Source: Marsupella aquatica (Eukaryota; Plantae; Marchantiophyta). From it: a stretch of DNA of 64,000 bases. Made by a program: the position numbers and the translations under genes. Position 1 is the first letter of the stretch. Every line of letters starts with the position of its first letter. Shown here one piece after another: positions 26,599-39,543 of this stretch. The stretch is taken from assembly GCA_973895155.1 (NCBI GenBank), contig OZ316896.1, positions 12,194,549-12,258,548 of the forward strand, given 5' to 3'. Below the pieces are notes generated by a model. The model did not search any database. It had not been told where the DNA came from and saw only the letters and a program-made list of their open reading frames with translations.

Positions 26599-27110
26599 CA
26601 CTACAAGGAACACTCTAATCGAGCCTGAATATTAAACTCTTTTCCCTGGTTTGACCTGACGGGCACCTTGACCGGACGGGCACCTTGACCGGCTTGCCAG
26701 GCACGTAAACCCGTCAAATGACGGCCCCAAAACTGGAAGTTTGACGTATATTCACCAAAATTCTCCCGAACTCCCCTGGACCACCCCGGACTCCCCCCGG
26801 ACCCCCCAGACATTTCCCGAACTCCCCCCGGACCCTCGGGACACAGCTCCCCGACTGGCTTTCCCCCCCCCCCCCCCCCCCCCCAACAACCCCGGCCCGG
26901 ACCTCTCCTGAACTTGTCCTGGCCTGGACTGCTCCCGAACCCAGGTGACGGGTTGCCGTTTTGCTGGAGTTTTTCGGCCAGTTTGATGGGCAAGGTCAAA
27001 CCGAGCTCCTTTCCATGGCGTCATCATTGCAGTTCCAAACTCGGTGATGCCTCTCCCCGGAACAGTGTCACACACTTTCTCTACTTTTCATTTTGTTGGG
27101 ATGGACGGGT
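26599..27110. mobile_element. GC-rich TE-like fragment starting CACTACAAG, with internal short repeats and a long C-run
   Basis: CACTA-like start at 26599; repeated cgggcaccttgaccgg and cccgaactccccc/cccggac units; C-run of about 22 nt at ~26863. No matching right TIR found. Confidence 0.35.
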
Positions 27111-27929
27111 TCAAGGCAGCTTATTATTATTTTTTAAGTGCAAATTTTAGCCAAATTTCACCTCCCCCAAAAAGTGTTTGCCATTTCTCCCTACATTTGT
27201 TTTTATGTCATTCGCCACTTTCCCATCTAAGCATGGACCCCATTTGCGAAAATCTAATAGTCATCAGTAAATCTAGGGATATGTAAGGGCTAGGATGAAA
27301 CTGACAAATAATATTCCTAGCATCTCCCTTAGAAGGGTGTTGACATTGGCCGCAGTGGCTAAATATACCAAAAAAAAAACCTTAAAAAATAAGCTGGTTC
27401 AAGGGCTCCTTGTAAAGGAGACTCTGTCATCCATAAAGTAAATCAAGGCAGGTCAAGTCATGTCAAACCCAATGAGTGTTCCCCCCAAATATGAGGCCCT
27501 GGTTGCAGCAGGACCCAAGGGGTCATAATAAGCAAGTTTCCAGGAATCCTCACCATCAAGAATTATTATAATACAATGTTCAGCCTTTTCATGCACCGTT
27601 TCATGCAGTGGTAGTATTTTGAATTTGAAAGCCCAAAAAGGAAAGAACCTGATCAAAGACAAAGAATGAACCAAAAAAGAATTATGTTTAGTGTGAAGGA
27701 AAGAGTGAAAAGTTTTCCAAACAAGAAATAAAGGGGACTGCCCAGGCACAACAATCAAATACTTTCTGGACCATCTATGCACAGGACCATCCATGCATAG
27801 AAGCCATTCATGCATATATACTCCTCTCCATGTCTAGAAAATTTATATCAAGTCACAAGTGGAGGTTTTTTTTTTTTTGGGGGGGGGGTGGTTAAATTTA
27901 AAAGGAATTACAAAGACAAAAGTCATTCT

Positions 27930-29560
27930 ATCTGGTGGTACTTTGTGTTTGCTGTTTGCAAGTTTTTTGTGCCATAATATCTTTTACGAGATAGCATTTT
28001 TTGCCCAATGAGATCTTTTTAACAAAAACTCTTTTACTTAATAATAATTTTGCACCAGATATTTTTCTCAAGAACATCTTTAATATAACAGCATCCATTA
28101 TGCATTGACATCTTTTGTCAAACAATATCGTTTATTACTTAGACATATTTTGCATAACAAGATCTTTTACTTAACAACATCTTTTGAGCAACAGCATAAT
28201 TCATTTATTGCCATTATTTGCATAACATCATTTACTTAATGACATTTCATGTAACTACATCTTTACTTCACAACATCTCTAATTAACAAAAAAAATGAAC
28301 TTGATGACATCTTTGATATCACGACATAATTTTACTTGACGACATCTTTCCTGGGAAATATTTTTTATAAATTTGGAATGATAAGACCGCAAAAACCTAT
28401 GGGGGGGGGTAGGCGGGGAAGGTAAGCAGCACCCCAGTGCAACAGAACAGCTTCCACAGGGAGTCCAGAAGTAACAGAACAACAGAGCACAAAAATACCT
28501 TCTAGCCTAACAAAATCACCAAGGTGGCAAAGAGCGAAAAGACCACTAGAAACTGTGGACCCTAGCCCCAAAGCAGGCCCAAAGGGGCATCAGGGGCAGT
28601 AGTTCTAAATCTCATGAACCCTAACAGCCAATGAAAAGAGCCATCCCGCGCGGCCGGGCAACCAATGTCTATGTTCAAGTGCAATCACCTCGCTAGCCCT
28701 CATGAGTCTAATGCGGTGTCTGCCAATAGGAAACCTCCTTCCCACTGCCCTTAGGTGAGACAGTTTCAGAAAGGACCAAGCTTGTAGTCAAATATCTGCT
28801 CATTTCTCCCCATCCAAAAGGACCAGAGAATTTGATATACCAAGAAGAAACGAGCAGTGTGAGTGTGCGTGTGGCCACCAGCTGCATCAATAAACTCCAG
28901 GCATCTCCACCCACTCCCAATCAAAGAACCGGAGAAAGTGACTCACCAACCGCCCAGCATCGCCTGGCATGTGAACATCCAAAGAAAAGGTGAGGAATGC
29001 TTTCAACACTCCCCAGGCAGATGGAGCACTCCCCCTTGCTGACTCCAATTGTTCTAGCCATCTTTGACATTATAACATCTTTGTACTTGACACCATCTTG
29101 GACATAACAACATTATTGGTATTATAATATTTTTTACTTGATGATAACTTTTTATTTGCTGGCATCTTTTTTATTTCATAACATCTTTGACGACACCACT
29201 TCTTTTACTTGACAATATCTTTAACATAATGACACCTTTGGCACCATGATATCTTTTCATTTGATGACATCTTTTACATAAGAACATTTTACTTCTCAAC
29301 ATATCCGGACACCACTTCTTTTACTTGACAATATCTTTGACATAAGACACCTTTGGCACCATGATATCTTTTCATTTAATGACATCTTTCACATAAGAAC
29401 ATTTTACTTCTCAACATATCCAGGGACACAACCTCTTTTTTTTTTAATGACATGGTTTTACTTCATGACATCATGGACAACATGACTTCTTTTTTCTTAA
29501 GGACATCTCTTACGTAACATCTTTGATGGCATGACTTCATTTTTCTCGACTACATTTTTT
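27930..29560. repeat. Degenerate GACATCTTTT minisatellite array interrupted by an L1 fragment
   Basis: Units ttacttgac/aacatcttt on both sides of 28361-29058; ~117-bp internal duplication at 29192 and 29309. Confidence 0.75.
28361..29058 (-). mobile_element. 5'-truncated L1-clade LINE (ORF2 C-terminus, 3' UTR, short A tail)
   Basis: Minus-strand translation GECSICLGSVESIPHLFFGCSHARRCW (~28955-29035) is the zf-RVT CCHC motif; ends …aaatttataaaaaa. Confidence 0.85.
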
Positions 29561-30336
29561 GTGAGCTATTGAGCTAGTGAACTAATAATATGCTGATTGG
29601 GTTTGACAACAATTAACCTGCATGCGACCACAGTTACCAATTTCAGTTTGGGACATACAATAAAATACTGAGTGGCGTAAAACTCCTAAAGTGCTCTACC
29701 CAGTTTCGAGATAAGACTCGGTATTGACAATGAGGCTCTTCTATGTAACCAAGAAAATTGTGTACATGCTTCAGATGCCCGAGTAGGTCCGTGTTCCCCA
29801 GTGTATGAGGTACTGCTAATTTGTTTCCCGCACTCCATAAACAATTTGAGAGCCTTCAGCTTTGCTCATACGACATCTGAGACAAATAGGACTAGTTGCA
29901 CAGTTGCCAAACTTTCACCAGTTGAGACCTCGAAAGTTCATCTATTTAAAATCTCTCATTTACTGTCTAACCTGCGTGTACATATTGTGCTCCGTAGGAC
30001 CTTCAAAGGAGAGGAGTATAGGATAAGGTAAGGTATTGCACAGCTTTTGCAGAAGAAAGATAGACTCAACCACATTGACCTTAGTTTGCCCACAGCTCCC
30101 TGACGAACGTCTGACTTTCAATTTGAAAGCAAGACACTTCACTTTGAATTAGTGTGCTTTCTATCAATTTCGATAAATGACAATCTGGTGCAAATGACAA
30201 TCTCAACCAGACAAAATCCTCTCGGACACAGAAAAGACTAGTCATAATACGACACCATTGAACAAGAGGATTCTAATCCTAAAATGTGCGATTGTGAAAT
30301 TGTTACAGACTGTCGTTGGGGCTATTCAGTTGTATT

Positions 30337-33300
30337 TCACTTCAGCGAGGAATCCCCTGGCGGCGGCCTTTGTCTGCCATCTGGAATAGTAATAAGAACA
30401 ATGGGTTTAGAGGATCGAAAGTAGGGAATGTCACAGATAAAGTAACCCTTCCTCTCCAACTGGATGATTTCCCCCTTCTTCAAATTTCTCATATTGGAGT
30501 CCCCAACTGCAGCTACTTCCCACCTAGTTTTGGGGTTGAGCACTGATAAGAAATCTTCCCCTTCCTCTAACTGCACATTGCGAAACGAAGCCATTAGTTG
30601 AGCCTGTTCTGAAGAAACAGAAACGAACTCTCTCACACATAAAGACAAAACTATATTTGTACACTTCTCCAAGGGCATGTTATGAAAACTACCAAATTCA
30701 ACTGAAATGTAACAAGAGACTCAATATCTGGCATTGATTTGTCCTGGCCAGCAGAAATCCAAAGCCCGCAAAGTAACTATTCAGTAGAGATACTTGCATC
30801 TGATCCTGCTCTGAAACACATTTTTGCTTATTACCTTCTTCTTTGTAATCAAGTGGTCCAACTCCACCAGAGATAGGGGCACAAGCTCTGAGCTCTCTGG
30901 AAGCCATGTCAACTTCAGCTTCGTTGTTTTCACAGAACCAGTCAGGTTAAGCACACCACTTAATCCTATAACCCTCCCACCCTCATCCTTGTCTACGTTC
31001 TTCACAATCGCATTACCCCAGTCCATGAGAGTCACTTCCTCCCCGACTGAGACAGCAATAGCATCAGCTTGATCCAACCAGATCCTTTTAGTAAAAAGTG
31101 TGGCTTTCTTCCCTGCGCGCTCATACTTCTTGTGCCGTGGAATGACTCTTGTAAAGGGCGTCTCAGGACCATCACTCAGATCAAACACGACTTTTCCATC
31201 GGCAAGTACGGCTGTATGCCGCGGACAGATGGGGTCAATAAGTTTTTTGTTGACGGTCCACAACTTGTCCCATTCCATAAGGTTCAAGTTCTTCGAAGCC
31301 CCCTGGTTGATGCAAGACCACTTTCATCAGAAAGATTGAAGTATAACAGAAGGAAACAGCACAATAACAACAAGGCTTGCTAACCAGCTCACAAGACCAG
31401 ACAGGTCAATAAACCCACAATTCTACTTGTGATAAAAAAATCCTAGTGAAAGCAAGCAAGTGACCACAAGACTCACCTGTGACAATATGAACTGCTTCAA
31501 TGCCTCCACCGTTAACCCACGCCGTTGGATACCTTGTACAGTTGGAAAGCGTGGATCATCCCACCCTTCTACCCAAGCGTTGTCCACAAACCACTGCAGC
31601 TTACGTTTACTGAGAAGTGTGTAGACCATATTTAATCGACTAAAGTCCCAGATATGAACCTTACTCAAACCCATATCTTCAAGGATCCTGTAATACTGAT
31701 CATTTCTGTCATGATACTCACTTGAACGAAGAGCGTGGGTAACACCCTCGATACTATCCACATATGGGCAGGCAAAGTCATATGTAGGGTATGCTTTATA
31801 CTTAGCCCCGACGCGGTGATGGGAAGTAGGATTACATCTATAATACACAGGATCTCGAAGAGTTTTGTTCAACGCTTGCATATCAAGTTTTCCACGCAAA
31901 CAACACTTAACACCAGTCAAAGTTCCTGCGAGAATCTCTTTCCAGAGAGCAAGATTCTCCTCCACACTTTGATTCCTACGATGTGATTCAATGCCATCCA
32001 TCCTCTCCTTCCGCATTTGCTCCTGAGGAGTGTCATCTACATAGGCTTTCCCCTCTCGAATAAGCTTCTCAGCCATCTCCTGCAGCTGGTCAAAATAGTC
32101 TGACGTATAAGTCAGTATGTCTCCCTTCACCCCCAAAGTTTCTAGATCACTGAGTATGCTCTCAACGTATTCGTCTTTTTCCTTAGTTGGATTAGTGTCA
32201 TCAAATCGAATGATGAGTCGGCCCTTGTACTTCTGGGCAAAGTACTGGTTGAGTAGAGCTGCCTTCGCATGCCCAATGTGCAAGTAACCACTAGGTTCGG
32301 GTGGGAATCGAGTACAAACTTTCCCCTCTTCTGCATCCGGCAGTTCCACATCAAATGAACCTTCAGTTTTCTCCCCTTTATCCAATCCTGCTGGTTGGCC
32401 TTCTCCTTCCTTTTTCTTCACAGACACGGATTTTGCACCTGATGCCGACGGATTAACCCTTCGTGGTGGGGCAACAAGTTCCTTTAGTTTAGGGTACTGC
32501 AGAAGTATGGAATTGTACCATCGAGACAAGTGTGGAAATTTAGAGGACGTACGAATACTCTCCCACCGTCGTCCCGTGACTGTCAAAAAGCACATCAAAC
32601 AATTGACAATGATTTGAGATCCCAGCTTCGACACTAAATTTCAGCTCCCTATCAGTAATCAATTAGTTCACGGCGGGACTTGACATGGTAACCAAAAGCC
32701 ATGAAAGGCAAAAATTGATAGAGAGTTTTCACCAGTGAGAGAAGCCCAGACGACTACATCAGCAATGCTCACATCATACCCAACCAGAAATGTCCGAAAC
32801 TCCAAGTAGCCGTTGGCATACGCAATAGCCTTTTCAAACTCTGCTCCAACAGAAAACGTAGGTGCGTACTCAATCCACTCATCTACCTGCGATTACAAGT
32901 GCATATTCTCAAAGTTGTTCCAGATTCAGCGACTTCTGAAAACACACAGCCACTAAGAAAACTTATTTCAAAGTCCGTGATTGCACATTTGAATGGGAAA
33001 AGCGACAAGATTCGTAAAACTTTGATGCGAACGACAACGACCAGAATGTAATTCACATTCTGGAAATGTTGATCAAGAAACAGACCTCTGCAGCAGATAT
33101 CGCATCATAGCCATAATACCCGACGAGCTTACTCACTCGCCCCAGATACCTCAATGCGGTATGCGCCCCTCTCACCTCTTCCCTGCAGAAGAAATGGCGA
33201 TCCTTTCCGGTCAGTGCAAGCACCCATTTGTGACTGTATATCAGCAGGCAGGAAATTAGGGTTCAGGTTTCGCAAGGGGTTTTGAGAAAGTGGACTGCAG

Positions 33301-33443
33301 ACTTACCCGGAAGGCAAAGAGAGGACTGGAAGGCAAGAAGGTGGAAGGGTTTGCTGCGCGGACAATTCAATCCCACCCACGGTTGCTGCGGCCAGGAGAG
33401 GCAGCGGCACGAGCTCTGGCGGGTACGAGAGTACCGCTGCCAT
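30337..33443 (-). CDS. Cytosolic glutamyl-tRNA synthetase (GluRS), 6 exons
   Basis: Exons 33443-33307, 33182-33086, 32886-32733, 32579-31477, 31302-30835 and 30570-30337; all GT-AG and phase-consistent. GST-like N-terminus, RFPPEPSGYLHIGHAK (HIGH), LLSKRKL, WDDPRFPT and QLERKGYF. Confidence 0.96.
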
Positions 33444-35523
33444 CTCTATCTAGATCACCGGCTCTCTCCTCGGCAAACAATAAATTGCTTGGAAAATAAG
33501 TCGCCAAAGTGCGGTAGCTCCCACCTCCAGCCAAACACAGTTCTCTGCCTCGGAAACGATTCTACAAAATCAAGCCACCTCCAGCTCTTGTGGAAAAAGC
33601 CGTCAACCTCCCTATGACTTCCTTCGATTCAGACCAGACCAGCTTCGTGGAGGATTGCCTTCAATGACATCGATGGGCAGGGACTTGTGCATCTTCAGTG
33701 CACAAAAACGTCAGCGAGAGGTTTGCAGAACAGATCCACACTTCTGCAAGGCGTGCCCATCGGATCTCACGAGTGAGAAGTGGGGTCTGCAGCTGATTTC
33801 TGAGTTATTGTAATTACCTCCACGATTCATGCATTGTCGATTCAAGGTTACACGGCGAGGGGCTTCAGTATAATTGTGATGAGCCTTCTCTGGAGTTCAG
33901 TGCCGTAGCAAAGCACTTTGGAAAGTTGGGCATACTCGTATCATACTTGGTGACAAGATTGCATTTTGTAAAGTTAGGGTTTGGTTTGGTTACAGCACTG
34001 GAGGTCTCAGTATGTTACTAAACTGTAATACACTATAATGTAACGGAGGACAGGGTTTTGGGTTTGGTGGATTTTTTTTTTAAGCCATAGAATGATAAGC
34101 TATTTCTAATTGTCTATTAGCTCGGTACTTGTGAATTGTCCAGAAGATATTAGTGTATGAAAACTGTTGTTGCCAAAGCTATCATTGCTTAAAAGATGAA
34201 ATTGTGTAAACGATGTTCTTACTCAAAAGATACAAAAGATTTTGTTGCAAAAATTATGTAGTTGTGCAAACAAAAAGTCATAAAGGAAACCATGTTGTTC
34301 TTCAAAAGAAGTTGTTGCACAAATGATTGTGTGCATGAAAGCCACAAGAGAGGGGTTGTTGTAGGTATGGTTTCATTGCGTAAAGACATTGTTGCATAAA
34401 GATGTCCTTGTGCAAACAATGTAGTTTAGTGAAAAATACATTTGCACTAAAGAGATTACAGTTTACAAAATGAAAGAATAAATATAATTAACATTGAGAA
34501 GTGAATAGAATACACATGATGAAGTCTTTATTCATTTTAAGATAAAACTATCTTACTCACATGGGAGGGTGACAACTTTTTGGCTGAATTAGGTATTATA
34601 GGCTTGATAGCAGTTTCTCTGTATTGATGTTCACATTTTTTGGGCGTCAAAAAGCATTTACTCCATCGAAGTCTAGAGGTTGAAGCATTGTGATCCATCT
34701 CAGCATCAGCTTCTAAGTTTAGGATGCACATCATGTTTAACAACTAATAGACCCTCACAATCTAGATGTTCACAATTGGGTGTACAAAATTGTTTGGTAT
34801 GTTTGGGTGCTTTTTGCCAGACATGGTGGACCACAAAGGTGACTCCAAGCCCACAAAACTAAGAGACAAGATCACAATACTGTCCAAGCAGCCCCTGATG
34901 TACAGATCGCTGACAACCACACAAAACACTAAAGTAAACAAAGCCAATATTAAATTGAGAGTAAACAGTAGTGCTAATCCTAGCTGCTCACAGCCAAATC
35001 AACTATAGGGAGGCCAGAAGAGAAATCACATGTGAGGCCACAGGGGAGCCTAGCTTCACCTCTAGACAACCCGTACACAACTAATGTCATCTACCAAAAT
35101 AAACAACTTGGCATAATGTTGGGATCCCCTCAAAAGCCTGGCCAGGAAATCTTACCCCTAATACCCATATAGTGTGCTTGTTGAAATTGAACACCCCCAA
35201 CATTGTACTTGGAAGAAAAGGCATTATAGGTTAACTATGTTTATTTTAACAAAGATTTGTGAGCTCAAGTGGTAGTGAGGAAACACAAAGTTTAAATAGG
35301 AGCTGAACAATATACCAAATTCCTTATCTATTGTCCATATTCAAACTGGTCCGCTAGTTTTGTATTGCATGAGATCCCTCCATAGAACTGGGGCGATCTT
35401 GTGGAAAACCTTTTTGTCTCAGTTTGAATAAAACATACGTGCACTCAATTTTAATAGAGGGCCTGAGACATTATTACGAGTACACACCTGGGAGTGTTTG
35501 GGTAAGAGGGTAGCCTGAAAGTC

Positions 35524-35686
35524 GAGGGATTTGCTTGATCAGACCCCAAAATGAAACTTGTTACTTGGTAGGACCCGTGAGCGATCTAGACCGTCAATTG
35601 ACCTTGAATCAATGTACCCAAAACTTCAGGGATCCTATCAAGTAATGCAATTCGTTTTGGTGTCTGATCAATGAAGCAAATCCCTC
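35524..35686. mobile_element. Small foldback/MITE with ~60-bp imperfect inverted arms
   Basis: gagggatttgcttgatcagaccccaaaatgaaacttgttacttggtagga is inverted at 35630-35686; related copy at 55447-55624. Confidence 0.7.
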
Positions 35687-37418
35687 CCTGAAAGTCACTC
35701 AGAAACACACAGAAACCTTGTCCCCTTCGTGACACTTGCAACTCGCATCCCCAATGATGGAACTTGCTCTCACTAATAGGACTGCCCCATGGAATTTTTT
35801 CAATTGTAATGAGCAACTGATAGCACCCACCCACACACACACACCTCACACAGTGAGAGAGAGCAGGAATTGACTGCAAAACCTTGTGGCTAATAAGCTG
35901 ATTGTCTTTGTAATTTCTGTACTACGAAATGCAGGTTACCAGTATGCAACCATTTTTGGTGGTACCTGCTATTCCCATAATCTATTGCAAAATATTGTAT
36001 AATGCAAGCAAACAAATATTTTTGATAGCAAGGAGAGTGTTGTTAGCAAGTCACTAGTGGTTTTCTTAATTTCTTTTGATTTTTGCTGAGTTCTACATTT
36101 ATAGTGCATTTTCAAGACTTCAAATGGCTAGCAAGTTAGCTAGCCAAAAGAGAAGTCCCAAAATTGGATTGAAATAAATCAAATTTTGGCTAAGTAGCTG
36201 GGGACTAACTTTGCTAGTGAAGTTGGGTGTTGTTAATCATAGCATTTATTAAATTTCTCATTGTTTGCTTGCATTTTACAATTGCCCATCTCTTGCCCGG
36301 AAGTCACCCTTTTCCAGACAATAATTACATACTATACTTGAGGTCTGGGCAGGGGCTCTAGTTTGAAACCTATTCCAAGAAAACTCAGAAAAGTTTCCAG
36401 GCTGCTGACGATCAAGTTTTCTCATTTTCTGGTCAAATGGTTACTGGCTACGAACCCCACACCACACCACCATTATCCTACTTCGACCCCACCTGAGCTG
36501 CACCTATATTTATTGCTCTTTTTATTCCCTATGAGCTTAACCCGGATTGTTTTAAGAGTGAAAGCTATTGCAGTTGGCTGAACTCAAGGGCCCATTCAGG
36601 TGCATTGAGTGCTGACCCTACATGTCAAGGAGTGGGCTCAAGTAAATGCAAATGTGGAGTGCCTAGTTTGTCTAGAATTTGAGACCTATCTAGAGGAGTT
36701 TCAAACACTGGCGGTTTGATTCAAAGGATTTTGCATCATTGAAGTCTATTTCAAGATTTTTGATCTAGTACCAAATTTGCCAAAAACAAAAAGCGCCAAA
36801 TTGAGAGAGATCCCAAAGACAATTGCAACAAAATGGAGAGAACACGGGACCAGGACACCCAAAGAGCCAAATGTCTGAGAGTCCCCAACAACAACAAAAT
36901 AATTAAAACCCAACTGAACAACAAACTGAAAGCCTGATAAAGATTTAGGAGTAAATCGCAGAGAAGTGTCACAAAGAGAAATATGTCTACTTCCTAATCC
37001 AATATACTTGACCTTTTGGAAAATAGTGAAACACCTGAGCCCTCTTCACTGCAATACACCAAAAGTGGTATTCCTATTGACTTTTTGGTAAAAAAAGGCC
37101 ACAACTGCCCCAGAATCTTGTAAAGTCACCCTAAACACAAACACCTGTATGACATCTGGAACTTTCACCCCACCCAATAGTGAAACTTGCTCTCAGTGAT
37201 AGTAAATCCATCCCCTAAATTACACATCAAAATGTGATTCTATATGGTCTCAAAATGTGATTCTATATGGTGTATATCTGTATATCACTCCATACCATGA
37301 TAAATTGAGATATTCTGCTATCTACAACTATAATAAAGGATCCTGTCTTTTTTTGTCCTTTGTCCTAATACAAAAAAGCTCATGAGCAAGAAAGCTCTAA
37401 AACCGTTGGATTCGACTA

Positions 37419-37800
37419 CACTGTTCACCGTAATTAGTGTGACTAACACTAATTCGAGAGCGCCCATTTTCAGGGTCTACTCGTGAATTAGTGTTAGTCA
37501 CACTAATTTTGTGCTAACACTATATTCGCGCACATGAATTAGTGTTACTATGGTCTTAAAAGTGGCAAAATACAAAGGAAAAAACTATTTTAAAAAATCC
37601 ATAACAATTAATGTTACTTTGGACTAGAGATCATCCATTTTTTACAAGCAATTTAAACTAAACTGAAAAAATTCATTTTGAAAATCAATAAAAATTAGTG
37701 TTATTTGGACTCAAAATCATTTTAACCAAAATTAGTGTTAAATAACATTAATTTTGTACTAACACTAATTCTTGTATAACACTAATTACAGTGAACAGTG
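37419..37800. mobile_element. Tc1/mariner-type MITE with TA target-site duplication
   Basis: TA|CACTGTTCACCGTAATTAGTGT … ACACTAATTACAGTGAACAGTG|TA (22-bp TIR, 1 mismatch); many internal AATTAGTGT/ACACTAATT motifs. Confidence 0.88.
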
Positions 37801-38051
37801 TAGTTGTTTTCATTGACCATTGATAGAAGAAATGTGCACCCCTAGCACATATGTGCTTCCGCTGCCTCATAAATACCCCCTCCCCACTCCCTATGGGCAG
37901 GCCCTCCTATTACACTGGCATAGGGCTTGTTCTAAATAAATATCCAGTTGTCTGGTTGTCGGTTTTTGATGTGCAAATTACCTAAACATAGTGGGACCAG
38001 TTTTTTCACCTCGAATTGACACTTGGCCAACATCCACACACATACTCTCAC

Positions 38052-38122
38052 CCAATGGGAGAGCGGGATTTGAACCCCCGACCTTGTGGCGGAGACGATC
38101 TTCGTCTTGGACTCGAGCTAAA
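38052..38122 (-). other. tRNA-derived (SINE-like) segment
   Basis: Minus strand TAGCTCGAGTCC…AAGGTCGGGGGTTCAAATCCCGCTCTCCCA has A-box-like and B-box motifs; no intact acceptor or anticodon stems. Confidence 0.45.
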
Positions 38123-38503
38123 GAAGATAAGAAAGACAAGGGCTCCAGGTGCCCCTGTGCCCACCCTCCGTCCCGCCCAAACCCTCCAAGATCTTTGGAA
38201 CGAATCTGCACCATCCACACCCGAGCCCCATCCAAGATCGACGCTCCACGAGAGCCCGCGCCAGCCCTCCCTCCAGCGCCAAAACTTACGATACGAGGTT
38301 TTCCGATCTCTCACTCTCGTCTCTGCTGATTTTGCTCGAGAAATCGCTTTTCTCTACTGTCTATCGATCAATTCGATCCTTCTCTCAGATCGTCCAGTGT
38401 ACTGTGAAGCTCGACAGGATCTCGTGTGCTCTGCGTTTACTCGGTGGAATTGCTGTTTCGGTGGTTTGCGATTGAGCAAAATTTTGGATACATATCGTCA
38501 GCT

Positions 38504-39543
38504 ATGGCTTGTGCTTCTGCAATCTGTTCGGTGTCTGTAGCTTCTGCTGCTCCGGCGTCGACCAGGAGCAGCTCCCTTTCCGCATCGTCGTCGATGGAGT
38601 GCAGGGTCCGATTCCAGGTCCGGTCTGTGACGCCAATTGGGAGATTGTCGTCGTCGCGGAGGGTTTGCAGAGTCGTGGCCATGGCGTCGGATACCAGTAA
38701 GCCCGGTAAGTGACAGCTCTTTGGTTTTTGAGTCGTTTTGCTCGTGCCAGGTTCTGGCCCGAGGTCGTTTGGTTGCTTGTTTGCTTTGAGGTACGAGACT
38801 GTGATGAGGAGATCAGAGGGTTTCTGTCTTTTTAGACCTCGTTTTGGTGACGTTTGTGTGATCGTCGCATTAATGAAATTTGTCGTTGGTTTGAGATAAG
38901 TGTTGGTGATGGCTGATGGTCTGGCACCCTCGCTTGCTGGTGTGGTTGGTCATTTCTCTATAGTCCTTGCGTTCGTCCCGTCCTTCTTCAGCTGGCATCC
39001 GGAAGTTCAGTAGGGATGAGTCTTCTTTCTGTCAAGCGGTGTACTGGCTTTCCTCTAGATTGTGGTCAATTGCGTCGACTGGTGATTTCCTGTGTCGTCC
39101 TGATCCTGCTGCTGCTATGTTCTTTTCCACAAACTTCTCGATTACTGTAGTGAATTGATAGGGTAGAGCTTTTCAGTCGTTCCTTGTTAGTAGGGAGACT
39201 TTCTGGACTTTGCTGGCTGCGCGATGCTGAAGCTTGGAGCGGTGTGATAGGTGTTGTGAAAGCGGCAGAAGACTTGGCAGAAAAGAGTGGTGTGACAGGG
39301 GTTGTGAAAGCGGCAGAGGACTTGGTAGAAAAGATCAAGCAGAGCATCACCAGCGCCCAGGACGTCTGTGAAGGAAACGAGACCTCCGAAGAATGCGTGG
39401 TGGCCTGGGATGAAGTGGAGGAACTTAGTGCTGCAGCTGCTCACAAGCGAGCGTCGACAGCGTCATCCAACTCTAAAGACCCCTTAGAAAAATATTGTGA
39501 AGACAACCCCGAAACAGACGAATGCCGAGTCTACGAGGACTGA
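38504..39543 (+). CDS. CP12: Calvin-cycle protein CP12, chloroplastic; 2 exons
   Basis: Exon 1 38504-38705 encodes a Ser/Ala/Arg-rich transit peptide and ends at a GTAAG donor (phase 1). Exon 2 runs from 39251 (or 39299/39194) to 39543 with CEGNETSEEC, AWDEVEELS and DPLEKYCEDNPETDECRVYED. Confidence 0.95.

Noticed and set aside
26601-27075. Gly-rich ORFs
   Set aside because: By-products of C/G-run repeats.
28340-29070. Target-site duplication for the L1 fragment
   Set aside because: The shared catcttt is just the surrounding minisatellite unit and is not adjacent to the tail.
38052-38122. Functional tRNA gene
   Set aside because: No complete cloverleaf; T-stem mismatch and no acceptor pairing.
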